The notes: generated by a model from the letters alone, not told the origin. 64,000 nucleotides of DNA from an uncultured Spirochaetota bacterium (GCA_963734495.1 CAVTHK010000007.1:64001-128000), one strand, 5' to 3'. Counted from the first letter of the stretch, positions 29,796 to 39,785 are shown. Numbers and translations are program-made.

Positions 29796-32495
29796 GTGAT
29801 GCCGGAGAACCTGGTAAAGAGCGTCAGCGACCTGTTGAACGAGGAAAAGTGGACCCGGGCGACGCTGAACAGTTACTCGATCAGCAACTTCAAGGAGCTC
29901 GACGAGACCATCGCGGAGGTGCGCAAGGCGGAGCTGGACTCGGAGATCAAGGATCTCGCCGAGGAGCACCTCAAGCACTCCAAGAACAGCATCATCGCGC
30001 TGTACCTCGCAGGGATCATCAGCCTCCGCAGGCAGCAGGTTGACGATTCGCACCTCGTCGGCCTCATCAACATCTTCACCGACAACCACAAGTGGTCGAT
30101 CGTGGAGTACCTCTGCCAGAGGATCCTCGAGTTCGGCGAGAACAAGTACGCGCTGCGCACGCTGGCCGACTGCTACGAGAACGAGAACGAGCAGCCCAAG
30201 AAGCTGGAGATCTGGGAGCGGCTCATCCGCGTCGACTACGAGGAAGCGGACATCGTGCGCCATCTGGCCGAGCGCAAGGAGGACGAAGGCGCCCTCGAGC
30301 AGGCCGTCGACTATTACAGGAAGGCCCTCCACCGCTACATCAACAAGAAGATGTTCTCCCAGGTCAGGGACGTCTGGGCGAAGCTTCTGGAGCTCAACCC
30401 GAACGACATCGACTTTTACCAGAGGGCGGAGAAGAAGGTCGCCTCCGTGCTGAGCGGCGAGCGCGCCGCCACGCTGCTCGCCACCCTGTACCCCATCTAC
30501 GTCGCCAAGGAGGAGTGGGACACCGCGATCGGCCTGCTCAAGCGGCTGCTGGGCTACGACCCGAGGAACACGGAGGCCAGGGCGCAGATCATCGAGTGCT
30601 ACCGGGCCAAGTACCGCAGCCACAGCCAGCTCGAGGACTACATACGCCTCTCCAACCTGACGCAGTCGTGGCGGAACGTGCACGACGCCATCGCGGACTT
30701 CGAGAAGCACATCTCGTTCGACAAGGGCAACTTCGTCTACCACCGCTCCTGGGGAATCGGCAGAATCCGCGATATAAAGGATGATGTGTTCGTCATCGAC
30801 TTCGCGGCCAAGCGCGACCACCGCATGTCGCTCAAGATGGCCGTCGGCGCCCTGAGCATCCTCCCGGCCGAGCACGTCTGGGTGCTCAAGGCCACCATGA
30901 AGAAGGACGAGCTCAAGGAGAAGATCAAGACCGATCCCGCCTGGGCACTGAAGACGCTGATCCGCAGCTTCGACAACGCGGCCGACATGAAGCGGATCAA
31001 GGCCGAGATCGTCCCCGACGTGCTCACCGCCTCGGAGTGGACCCGCTGGAACAACGACGCCCGGCAGGTGCTCAAGGCCGACCCCGCGTTCGGCAACCTG
31101 GCGGACCGCAAGGACCATTTCGTCGTGCGCGATTCGCCCATCACCTTCGAAGAAAAGACGTTCAACCGGTTCAAGGCGGAGAACAGCTTCTTCGACCGCG
31201 TGCAGGCCATCCGCGACTTCCTCGAGGAGGTCGAGCCCGACAGCGAGTACTTCGAGGAGATGTTCTCCTATTTCAACGGCTTCCTCAAATCGTTCACGAC
31301 CGTCAACGAGACAACCTTCTGCAGCTACCTGCTGGTCCAGCGCATCGTCGCCCGGTTCCCCTACCTCAACCAGAGCCTCGGGTTCGGCTTCGAGGAGCTC
31401 TACCGGCAGGTGGAGGACGTCCCCGCCCTGTTCGCGCGCATCGAGGACGTCGAGCTCCAGCGCGAGTTCCTCCGCAGCGTCGAGCGGATGACGGACGACT
31501 GGGCCGGGATCTTCGCGCGGCTGTTCCGGGGGGCGCCGACGCGCTACATCATCGACGAGCTGGTCGCCCACGACAAGGTCGACACGATCCGCGAGCTCTT
31601 CGCAGGCAGCCTCGAGCAGTACCGCGACCAGCGCGAAAGCTTCGTCTGGCTCGTCCGCAACGTGCTCAGTGAGAGCTGGTTCCAGACGTTCGGGGCGTCC
31701 ATGGAGAAGATCTACATCGCGTCCATCCACCTCCTGGACATCACCTTCCGCGAGATCGAGAACCGGCGCGAGGTCGCCGCCAACAGGAAGCTCAACAAGC
31801 AGATCCAGGACTTCCTCTTCAGGGAGGAGCGGCTTCTCGCGTTTCTCCTCGACGCGGACCAGGATTCCATCTCGCGGCTCTACACGCTCGTCGAGGACGT
31901 CAAGGATCTCGACCCGTCCATCAAGATCCGGCTCAAGCAGCGGATCAAGGAGAAGCACCCGGCCTTCAAGTTCTTCGGCGAGACGCCGGAGGCCCCGGAG
32001 TCGGTGGCAGGCCGCCTGCTCGTGACGCGCAGCGGCTACGAAGCCAAGCAGAGGGCGCTCAGGCACCTGCTCGAGGTCGAAGTGCCCCTCAACTCGCGGG
32101 AGATCGGCGCGGCCCTCGCCAAGGGCGACCTGCGTGAGAACGCCGAGTACAAGGCCGCCCTGGAAAAGCAGGACATGCTGAATGCGTCGGCGGCGAAGCT
32201 CCAGACCGAGCTGCAGAGCGCGCAGATGTTCGACCACGCCCAGGTGGACGTGACCTCCGTGTCCTTCGGCACCCGGGTCCTCCTGCACGACCTGAGCACA
32301 AACGCCGAGGAGGAATACACCATCCTCGGGCCCTGGGAGTCGGACCCCAACCGCAAGGTGATCTCGTACCTGTCGCCCCTGGGCAGCCGCCTCTACAGCC
32401 ACAAGCCGGGCGACCAGCTGAGCTTTACCATCAACGAGAAGGAGTACCAGTACAAGATCGACCGCATCGAACCTGTACCCGCGGAGATGTTATGA
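29796..32495 (+). CDS. greA: Large spirochete-type transcription elongation factor GreA with N-terminal TPR region
   Basis: C-terminal GDLRENAEYKAA, ILGPWE, ISYLSPLG; N-terminal EEKWTRATL. Confidence 0.93.
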   Translation: MMPENLVKSVSDLLNEEKWTRATLNSYSISNFKELDETIAEVRKAELDSEIKDLAEEHLKHSKNSIIALYLAGIISLRRQQVDDSHLVGLINIFTDNHKWSIVEYLCQRILEFGENKYALRTLADCYENENEQPKKLEIWERLIRVDYEEADIVRHLAERKEDEGALEQAVDYYRKALHRYINKKMFSQVRDVWAKLLELNPNDIDFYQRAEKKVASVLSGERAATLLATLYPIYVAKEEWDTAIGLLKRLLGYDPRNTEARAQIIECYRAKYRSHSQLEDYIRLSNLTQSWRNVHDAIADFEKHISFDKGNFVYHRSWGIGRIRDIKDDVFVIDFAAKRDHRMSLKMAVGALSILPAEHVWVLKATMKKDELKEKIKTDPAWALKTLIRSFDNAADMKRIKAEIVPDVLTASEWTRWNNDARQVLKADPAFGNLADRKDHFVVRDSPITFEEKTFNRFKAENSFFDRVQAIRDFLEEVEPDSEYFEEMFSYFNGFLKSFTTVNETTFCSYLLVQRIVARFPYLNQSLGFGFEELYRQVEDVPALFARIEDVELQREFLRSVERMTDDWAGIFARLFRGAPTRYIIDELVAHDKVDTIRELFAGSLEQYRDQRESFVWLVRNVLSESWFQTFGASMEKIYIASIHLLDITFREIENRREVAANRKLNKQIQDFLFREERLLAFLLDADQDSISRLYTLVEDVKDLDPSIKIRLKQRIKEKHPAFKFFGETPEAPESVAGRLLVTRSGYEAKQRALRHLLEVEVPLNSREIGAALAKGDLRENAEYKAALEKQDMLNASAAKLQTELQSAQMFDHAQVDVTSVSFGTRVLLHDLSTNAEEEYTILGPWESDPNRKVISYLSPLGSRLYSHKPGDQLSFTINEKEYQYKIDRIEPVPAEML

Positions 32496-34344
32496 GGTTT
32501 GCAGCGCTGGCCCTCGTCCTGGTGGCGGTCGCCGTTTCGCCGGTGCCCGCCGGCCCCGTCGAGCTCGTCGTCATGATCGACGTGTCAGCGAGCATGGAGC
32601 CGTATTTCAACGACGTCGTCGACTACTTCATCGGCGACCTGATGCGCAACATGCTCCAGACCGGCGACCGCTTCGACCTGATCAGCTTTGCGGGCCTGCC
32701 GGAAGTCGAGATGAGCGGCGTCCGGATCGACGACCGCCAGAGGGCCGCGCTCGTCAACAAGATCCGCCTCCTCCAGCCGATCGGGCTCTATACCGACCTG
32801 GTCCGCGCTGTGCTCTTTCTCCGCAGTTACGTCGACAAGCTCCCGCCGTCGGAGTCGCGCGAGCTTGTCATCATCACCGACGGGGTGCACGACCCGCCGC
32901 CGGACAGCCCGTACGCCGGCGACCAGAGCGCGGCTCTCTGCCAGGCTCCTCGAAGGGGCGCGTTCGATCCGCAAGGGCAACTGGTACGTCCACATCCTCG
33001 GCCTTCCGCCGGGGGCAGACCGCTCGGGAGGCAAGCAGCCGCCCTCTTTCATGGAGCCGCTGTCGCGGGAGCTCGGCGCGAACGTCATCCCCTACTCCGG
33101 ACCGGGGAAGGCGGGAATCCAGCCCGAGAAAGCGGGGCTGCTCGAAGTCCACTGGCCCGGCCCGCTCGGCCCGGTCGGCCGGTCGTTCGCGCTGCCCCTT
33201 TCCATCGAGAACAACACGCTCGCGCGATCTCAGGCTGACGCTCTCGGGCGTGACGCTCGCGGGGACGAACGTCCTCACGGCGCCGCAGGACGTCAGCGTC
33301 GCCGCGGGCCGGACCGTGAACGTGAAGCCGGTCCTCAGGGTTCCCGACGACCTCGCCCCCGGCGAGCACGTGCTCGCCCTGCGGCTCGAGACCAGCGGGG
33401 ACGCACGGCTGTACCCGCTTGAAGGAACGGTTTCGGTGAGCCTCGCCGCGGGCGCCGGCGGCGTGCCGGCTGTGCCCGCGGCGCCCGGCGTGGGGACGAC
33501 GCCCGGTGCGCCTGCGGCACCCGGAACGCCTGGCGCCCCTGCCGTGCCCGGCGCGCCTGGAGCGCCCGGTGCCCCTGGCGTGCCCGGCGCGCCTGGCGCG
33601 CCCGGTGCCCCTGGCGTGCCCGGCGCCCCTGGCGCTCCCGGCACGCCTGGCGCCCCTGGCGTGCCCGGCGCACCCGGCCAGGGACCGGGCGGGCCCGCGA
33701 CCGGCGGACACTGGCTCGCGACAGGGGCCCGCGGAGTCGCGGACGCGCTGCGCGGGGCGGCGGCCGCCATCGGCGGAGCGTTTGCGCGGATGGAGCTGAC
33801 GGTGCTGATCCCCGCGCTCCTCGTTCTTCTCGCCCTCCTGATCATCCTGCTGCTCGGGCTCCGCATGAATCGCCACGGCGCGACGCCGCCGAGCCGGCCC
33901 GTCGCCCGGCGCGCCGAGAAAGGCCCGCTGATCGAGATGCTCGTGAGCCTGCAGAGCTCCCGGGTCGGTTTCCGCAACATACGCGGGATCGAAACCGGTC
34001 GGCGCCGCAGCGTCGGAGGCGGCTGGTCCGCCTTCCTCATCTTCCTGGTCCCGCTCCCCCCTCGGATCGCGGAGATCCGCTATGACGGGCGGCACTACAC
34101 GTTCCGCGTCTTGAGGCGCACGTTCTTCCCGAGCGCGCCCGAAGAGATCGCGGACTGCCTCGACGTCGACATCCCGCTCGTGTCCGAGAAAGGATTCCCG
34201 GTCGCCATCCGTTTTGTCCGTTACGTCTCGCCCCTCGAGCGCATCCACCGCCTGCTGCACGCGGTCTACGAGGAGGGCGTGAGCGAAGTGCCGCACCAGC
34301 CGGCGCAGGCCCCCGTCGTCGACACGTCTGGGAGGTTCCTGTAG
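32492..34344 (+). CDS. VWA-domain membrane protein with a collagen-like segment (two apparent frameshifts near 32938 and 33228)
   Basis: Signal peptide, DVSAS MIDAS, TDGVHDPPP; continues WYVHILG in a second frame, then Ig-like, (G-X-P)n, TM and C-domain in a third. Confidence 0.75.
33550..33675 (+). repeat. 9-bp-period coding repeat: 14 consecutive Gly-X-Pro triplets
   Basis: GAP/GVP/GTP triplets read directly from the sequence. Confidence 0.95.
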
Positions 34345-34437
34345 GCCGGCGGCCTGATAGGTGCGCGTCGGACTTTCGACGCGCCGGCGTTCCCGGCGCT
34401 CCCGCCGGTTCAGGGCACACGGAGGACTGTGCCCTGG

Positions 34438-36021
34438 CTATAGCGACCGCTCCTCGAGGAGCTTCGCAAAGAGAGCCGCGACCAGCGCGAGAGCAAGGAC
34501 GGCGGGAAACCAGTCGCCGAAGCGGGCATAGACGGTCTCGCCGGCCCTTGCGTACAGTGGGACCTCGACGCGGAGAACCCCGGGCTCGAACAGCGGAAGA
34601 GACGCTGTGATCTCGCCTCCCGGCGCGATAAACGCCGTCACCCCGCCGTTGGTGGCGCGGATCAGCGCGCAGCCGTCCTCGACCGCGCGGAAGCGCGCGG
34701 CTACGATCATCTGCAGCATTGCGGATTCGCGCCGCGACCAGGACACGTTGGTCAAGTTCACGAGGATCCTGGCGCCTGCTCGCACGAGGTTCCGGCACAG
34801 CCCCGGGAACGCGTCCTCGAAGCAGATCGGCGCGGCCATCGGGATCTCTCCCGCCGATGTCGGCAGCCTCAGGACGACGGGGCCCGCACCCGGCGTCCAG
34901 CCTTCAGTGAGTCCCAGGGCATCCTCAAAGAAACGGCGCACCGGCTCGAGGCCCCAGAGAGGCACGCGCTCGGCGAACGGGACCAGCTGCTGCTTGCCGT
35001 ACGCGCCGGCCAGGCGGCCGCCGGGGGTCAGCAGAAGAGCGGCGTTCTCGTAGCTCGCTGATCCCGCCCGCTGGAAAGGCGCCCCGAGGAGGATCGGCAC
35101 CCGTATCTCGCGGAGAAAGGCGGCGAGGCTCGTCGGCCTGGGGAAACGCTCGAGGAAGCTCGCGAGCTGCTGCTCCCGCACCAGATAGGGGATGATGGTC
35201 TCGCCCCACACCACCAGGTCGGCCGGCCCGGCGGCCAAAGCCCGGCGCGTGAGCTCCTCCGCCTGGCCGACGGCGGCCTCGTCCTCACCGGGCTGCCAGG
35301 GATCGGCGTCGTGCTGGACCAGCACGACCGAAATGTGTCCGGTTTGGGCGCGGGGCCGCGCGAGCCTCCAGGCGCCGTAGCCCGCCGCGAGCACGACGAG
35401 GGCGAGCCCGAAGGAGGCGAGCCGCGTCACCTGCGGCCGTGGCAGCGCGAGACGGGTCGCATCGAGGATCTGCTCTGCCGCCACCGCGTTGACCGAAGCC
35501 GCGAGAAAAGTGACTCCCCAGACGCCGAACGTGTCTGACACCTGGATCAGGGGAAGGACCATGTTGAAGGGGTGCGCGATCAGTCCCCAGGGGAACCCCA
35601 GGAACCCGGAGGACTTGACGTACTCGTAGACAGTCCACGCCGCGGCGAGGGCGAGCGGCCTCAGCCTCGTAAGGCGCAGCGCCACTCCCCGCAGGATCGG
35701 GCCGAGCAGAGCGTGATAGAGCGCGTAGCCGATGACGACCCCTGACACGGTCCACACGGAGAACTCGTGGAAGAAGAGCAGCCAGTAGTGGGCGAGGAAT
35801 GTCGAGACGGCCCCGAAGAGCGCGCCGGTGACTGAAGCCGCCCGGAACGACGGCGCCAGCGCGAGCCCCGCGAGCAGGGGCGCCAGCGCCACCGTTCCCA
35901 GGAACGGATTGCCGTATCGATAGACATCGTTCGGCAGGGCGAGCGGCAGCAGCAGCGCCGAAATGAGCGCCAGCAGCAGGGACAGCGTCGTGCGGGTGGC
36001 GGGGACAGCGGGACGCACCAT
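34438..36021 (-). CDS. lnt: Apolipoprotein N-acyltransferase (copy 1)
   Basis: GFPWG, WGET, KQQLVPFAE, ICFED, RATNGGVT. Confidence 0.93.
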   Translation of the reverse strand: MVRPAVPATRTTLSLLLALISALLLPLALPNDVYRYGNPFLGTVALAPLLAGLALAPSFRAASVTGALFGAVSTFLAHYWLLFFHEFSVWTVSGVVIGYALYHALLGPILRGVALRLTRLRPLALAAAWTVYEYVKSSGFLGFPWGLIAHPFNMVLPLIQVSDTFGVWGVTFLAASVNAVAAEQILDATRLALPRPQVTRLASFGLALVVLAAGYGAWRLARPRAQTGHISVVLVQHDADPWQPGEDEAAVGQAEELTRRALAAGPADLVVWGETIIPYLVREQQLASFLERFPRPTSLAAFLREIRVPILLGAPFQRAGSASYENAALLLTPGGRLAGAYGKQQLVPFAERVPLWGLEPVRRFFEDALGLTEGWTPGAGPVVLRLPTSAGEIPMAAPICFEDAFPGLCRNLVRAGARILVNLTNVSWSRRESAMLQMIVAARFRAVEDGCALIRATNGGVTAFIAPGGEITASLPLFEPGVLRVEVPLYARAGETVYARFGDWFPAVLALALVAALFAKLLEERSL

Positions 36022-36062
36022 GCGCCCGAGTCTAACGGAGCGATGCCGTTTCGAGAAGCGCG

Positions 36063-36137
36063 AGGCCCTCGCCTGTTGTACTCAACAGGCCCTCGCCTGT
36101 TGTACTCAACAGGCCCTCGCCTGTTGTACTCAACAGG
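36063..36137. repeat. Three tandem 24-bp units, each holding a hairpin CCTGTTG-TACT-CAACAGG
   Basis: AGGCCCTCGCCTGTTGTACTCAAC x3, exact copies. Confidence 0.95.
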
Positions 36138-36167
36138 TTGCATTCCGGCGGGACTTTCGCCTATGAT
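36138..36167 (+). promoter_or_regulatory. Sigma70-type promoter
   Basis: TTGCAT-N18-TATGAT upstream of the TPR gene. Confidence 0.55.
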
Positions 36168-36211
36168 CGCACCCGAATGGCGAGCCTTCCCGCCGGAGTC
36201 TGGACGAACCG

Positions 36212-36889
36212 ATGACCGCCCTCGAGCGCGGGATCCGCTTCTACAACTCGAAACGTTACGAGCAGGCCCTCAGGGAGTTCCAGGAAATCGAGGGCGAGAT
36301 GCCCGAGGATGTCACGCTCGCCTACTACAGCGGGCTCACTCTGGCAAAGCTGGAGCGATTCGAGGAGGCGCTCATCCCCCTCGAGCAGGTCGTAACCGCC
36401 AGCACCAGCCTCCTGCACGTGTACCAGAGCCGCATGATTCTCGCCTTCATCTATGCGGTCACCGGGCGGGCCGAGCTGGCCGTGTACGAGCTGAACCAGC
36501 TGCTCAAGGCGGGCCTGGAGTCGGTCCAGCTCTACGGGTCCCTCGGGCACGTCCTGTACGCGCTCAACCGCGTCGACGAGGCGATCACCGCCCTCGAAAA
36601 GGCGCTCGAGATCAACCCGGAGTACGCCAACGCGCTGAACTCGCTCGGGTTCATCTACGCGGAACGCGGCACCCGCCTGGAGCGGGCCGTCGAGCTGTGC
36701 CGCCGGGCGGCCCGGCAGCAGCCCCGGAATCCCGCCTACCTCGACTCGCTCGGCTGGGCGCAGTACCGGAAAGGGAACCTGAAGGAGGCCCGGGAGACGC
36801 TCCGGAAGGCGCTGGACCTCGCGCCCCGCAACGCCGAGATCGCAGCCCACATGCGCGAGGTGCTCACCCGGTCGCCCGAAGGCTCCTAA
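36212..36889 (+). CDS. TPR protein
   Basis: ALEINPEYANALNSLG, PAYLDSLGWAQY. Confidence 0.9.
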   Translation: MTALERGIRFYNSKRYEQALREFQEIEGEMPEDVTLAYYSGLTLAKLERFEEALIPLEQVVTASTSLLHVYQSRMILAFIYAVTGRAELAVYELNQLLKAGLESVQLYGSLGHVLYALNRVDEAITALEKALEINPEYANALNSLGFIYAERGTRLERAVELCRRAARQQPRNPAYLDSLGWAQYRKGNLKEARETLRKALDLAPRNAEIAAHMREVLTRSPEGS

Positions 36890-36933
36890 TTCTCCAGCGC
36901 CGCCGTTCCGATCATGTAGACAGGAGCAAGGAG

Positions 36934-37113
36934 ATGACTGTCACGAGCGTTTCCACGCCGCTCGCACAGGTCGCGCCTCCCCGGCCTGACACCCCCAGCC
37001 CAGAGGTGGTGATCAGCGCCAGCGAGATCAGGAGGATCCTGTATCTCGCCATTCCGGGAGGAGTTGACAACCTGCGCGCGACGGAGGATCATGCCGTAGA
37101 CACCTATGCCTGA
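36934..37113 (+). CDS. 59-aa small protein ending VDTYA
   Basis: SD AAGGAG before ATG 36934; stop overlaps the start of the next gene. Confidence 0.6.
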   Translation: MTVTSVSTPLAQVAPPRPDTPSPEVVISASEIRRILYLAIPGGVDNLRATEDHAVDTYA

Positions 37114-39187
37114 GCATCGCGACCGGTCTGCGGGCAACCGCACCCCGGCCTGCCCTGGTACGGCGCGCGGCCGCGGCCAACCGATCCTCGCCTTTACCTG
37201 CCTGCTGCTGATCTCCTCCACAGCGGTATTCTCGCAACCCGACATCGCCACGTTGCGCTCGCGCGAAGAGATGCAGTGGGGAGTGCGGGCGTTTCACACG
37301 GGGGCATTCAACAACGCCATCCTCTCGCTGGAACGGGCCGTCGGTCTCGAGCCTGCCAACCTGCTCGCCAGGCAGTGGCTCGGAAGGGCGCTGTACCGCA
37401 GCGGACTCGATGAGGAGGCCCTCGCCGAGTGGCGGTTCGTGAGCGACAAGGGAGGAGGCGGCGCGCAGCTCGCGTCGATGATCGAGACCGTGGCCGCTCG
37501 CCGCTCCCTGCAGAGCGTCCTGCAGCCGGAGGACCGCTTCACCCTGGTGGCGTCCGTCGACGCCGTGGACAGGCGGTCGCCGCCGATCGGGAAACCGTCT
37601 TCCGTGCGGGCGAGGCCCGACGGCACGTTCTACGTCGTCCCCTACACCGGGACGCAGATCCTTCGCCTGGACTCCAACTTCCAGATCGTGCAGGTCGTCA
37701 GGGGCGGGCTCCAGGGATTCAACCGGCCCTTCGACATCGTCGAGAGCGACGAAGGTCAGCTCTTCGTCTCCGAGTACGGCTCGGACCAGATCGCCCGCTG
37801 CTCCGCCTCGGGCCAGAAGCTTGCCGCGATCGGGGGCTCGGGCACGGCTCCCGGGCGGCTCCTCGGGCCGCAGTACCTGGCGGACGACGGCAAAGGTTAC
37901 CTGTACGTGAGCGAATACGGCAACCGCCGCGTCAGCAAGTTCGACTACGAAGGCCGGTTCATCCTCACACTCGGCACGCGCGGGCCCGGCTTCGCGGGGC
38001 TCGAGGAGCCGGCCGGGATCGCCGTGCAGGACGACCGCCTCTACGTTGCCGACCACCGCGCTGGCGTGCTTCAGGTCTTCGATCTGAACGGCAACTACAT
38101 GGGCTCGATCGGGAGCTTCCGGGAGCCGGAGGGCGTCTACGCCGACGACGGCGGGAAGCTCCTCGTGGCCCAGAAGGGGTCGATCGTCGTCTTCGACGTG
38201 GCCAGGGAGACCGCGCAGCCGCTCGCGGACCCCTTCCCCAGAGTCAAACGGATTCTCGGCCTGTCGCGAGACGCCAACGGCGACGTGATGGCCGCCGACT
38301 TCGACGACTCCAAAGTCCTGCTGTTCTCGAAATCCGAGACCCTCTATTCAGGCTTCTTCGTCCAGGTCGAGCGGGTCACCGCAGACCGTTTCCCCGAGAT
38401 CGTGGTCGACGTATCGGTGACCGACCGGTCCGGCCGACCCGTCCTGGGCCTCAAGCGGGAAAACTTCACCGTGACCGAAGGCGTCCCGATCCCCGACGTC
38501 CAGCTGCCGCTCGCGGCCACCGCGGCGCGGCCGCTCTACGTCATGATGCTGACGGAGAAGTCCGATGCGATGCGCGTTCATGCCGCGGAGCTCGCAGACG
38601 CCGTCGCGGAACTCGACACCCGGCTCGAAGGTTCCGCGTCGCTCGGCCTGACCGCGGCATCCCGTGAGGCGGGAATCCTGGTGCCCGCCGACGGACGGCG
38701 CCTTGCGCTCAGGGAGGCCGCGGCGGCCGGCGATTACTCGGCGGATTGGCGATTCGACCAGGGGGTGCGCCTGGCGGCCTCTCAGCTCGCGAGCTCCCGC
38801 GCCCGCAGGACCCTCGTCTACCTGTCGACCGGCTCGCTCGGGCGCAACCCGTACGCCCAGTTCTCCCTCATGGAGCTCGCCCAGTACCTGCGGAACAACG
38901 GGGTCTCGTTCGACGTGCTCCATATCGGGTCCGATCCGATCGACCCCGACCTCGGCTACCTCGCACGGCGGACCGGAGGATCGATGGCCTCGTTCAACGG
39001 GCCGAGGCGCGCGGGTCCCCTCGCGGACGCGGTCAAGGCCTGGATCCCTCCCCTCTACACTCTCCGCTACCAGTCGAAAGCAAACGCCGACTTCGGGAGG
39101 GCCTACATCGAGCTCCACGTCGACGTCACGCAGCAGCGGCGCACGGGGCGCGACGAGTCGGGTTACTACGGCCCGCGCGAGTATTGA
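37106..39187 (+). CDS. TPR + NHL beta-propeller + VWA-like exported protein; probable BB0236/TP0421-like flagellar collar protein
   Basis: N-terminal TPR, NHL repeats (YVSEYGNRRVSKFD, EPAGIAV); near lnt; homology recalled, not searched. Confidence 0.7.
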   Translation: MPEHRDRSAGNRTPACPGTARGRGQPILAFTCLLLISSTAVFSQPDIATLRSREEMQWGVRAFHTGAFNNAILSLERAVGLEPANLLARQWLGRALYRSGLDEEALAEWRFVSDKGGGGAQLASMIETVAARRSLQSVLQPEDRFTLVASVDAVDRRSPPIGKPSSVRARPDGTFYVVPYTGTQILRLDSNFQIVQVVRGGLQGFNRPFDIVESDEGQLFVSEYGSDQIARCSASGQKLAAIGGSGTAPGRLLGPQYLADDGKGYLYVSEYGNRRVSKFDYEGRFILTLGTRGPGFAGLEEPAGIAVQDDRLYVADHRAGVLQVFDLNGNYMGSIGSFREPEGVYADDGGKLLVAQKGSIVVFDVARETAQPLADPFPRVKRILGLSRDANGDVMAADFDDSKVLLFSKSETLYSGFFVQVERVTADRFPEIVVDVSVTDRSGRPVLGLKRENFTVTEGVPIPDVQLPLAATAARPLYVMMLTEKSDAMRVHAAELADAVAELDTRLEGSASLGLTAASREAGILVPADGRRLALREAAAAGDYSADWRFDQGVRLAASQLASSRARRTLVYLSTGSLGRNPYAQFSLMELAQYLRNNGVSFDVLHIGSDPIDPDLGYLARRTGGSMASFNGPRRAGPLADAVKAWIPPLYTLRYQSKANADFGRAYIELHVDVTQQRRTGRDESGYYGPREY

Positions 39188-39193
39188 GGCGTC

Positions 39194-39514
39194 TCAGGCG
39201 CGGCCCACGTCGGACAGGGCCTTCTCTTTTTCCTCGATCCGCTGCTGCAGGTCCTTGAGCTCGCCCAGCAGCTCCTTGACCTCGGGCGTGCCCTGGGAGA
39301 TCGTGCTCTGCCCCTTCTCCGACAGGATCCGATAGACGCTGCCGCCCAGCAGCGCGAACTTGCGCTCGACCTCTTTCTCGAGCCGCGTGATCTCGTACTT
39401 GAAGACACCCTTCTCGCCGAGCTCCTTCGCCTTCGTCGCGGCCTGCTCCATGCCTTTTCGAGTCGTCTCGAAACCCTTGCTCATCGCCTGCTTCATGCGC
39501 TCGTAGAAGTCCAT
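39194..39514 (-). CDS. Small coiled-coil hypothetical protein
   Basis: SD AGGAGG; own promoter TTGAGT-N17-TATCCT (39559-39531). Confidence 0.8.
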   Translation of the reverse strand: MDFYERMKQAMSKGFETTRKGMEQAATKAKELGEKGVFKYEITRLEKEVERKFALLGGSVYRILSEKGQSTISQGTPEVKELLGELKDLQQRIEEKEKALSDVGRA

Positions 39515-39648
39515 GCAGCCTCCTGCTTTCAGGATACTGCCGCGGCCGGCAGTACTCAAGCGCGGGCCTTTCGAAGCGCCCGGCACGCGATCGCCTGCGC
39601 CTCAACATCCCGCGAGCACACGGGCCCTGGGGCGCGCTCCAACGGGAG

Positions 39649-39785
39649 CATCCTTGACACGGGAACATCCCTGTTCCAGCCCCGCACCAACGCCATCCAT
39701 GGCTGTGCGGGGCAAGAACATCCCTGTTCCAGCCCCGCACCAACGCCATCCATGGCTGTGCGGGGCAAGAACATCCCTGTTCTTG
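39649..39785 (-). repeat. 53-bp tandem repeat (about 2.3 copies) of ANGGA-loop hairpins
   Basis: GAACATCCCTGTTC at 39663, 39716 and 39769; GCCATCCATGGC nested in CCCCGCAC/GTGCGGGG stems twice. Confidence 0.92.

Noticed and set aside
28725-32402. Long antisense ORFs (1225 aa here; also 73-2583, 8355-11093, 46573-49053)
   Set aside because: These are typical high-GC shadow frames opposite well-supported genes, with no recognisable motifs.
29796-32495. Novel TPR-GreA fusion
   Set aside because: Large N-terminally extended GreA proteins are already known in spirochetes.
36063-36137. Mini-CRISPR or coding repeat (PVEYNRRG x3)
   Set aside because: Head-to-tail copies with no spacers; the overlapping ORFs are shadow frames crossing promoters.
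39663-39785. CRISPR array (short palindromic repeat at a regular 53-bp period)
   Set aside because: The intervening sequences are identical rather than unique spacers, the repeat is too short, and there are no cas genes.
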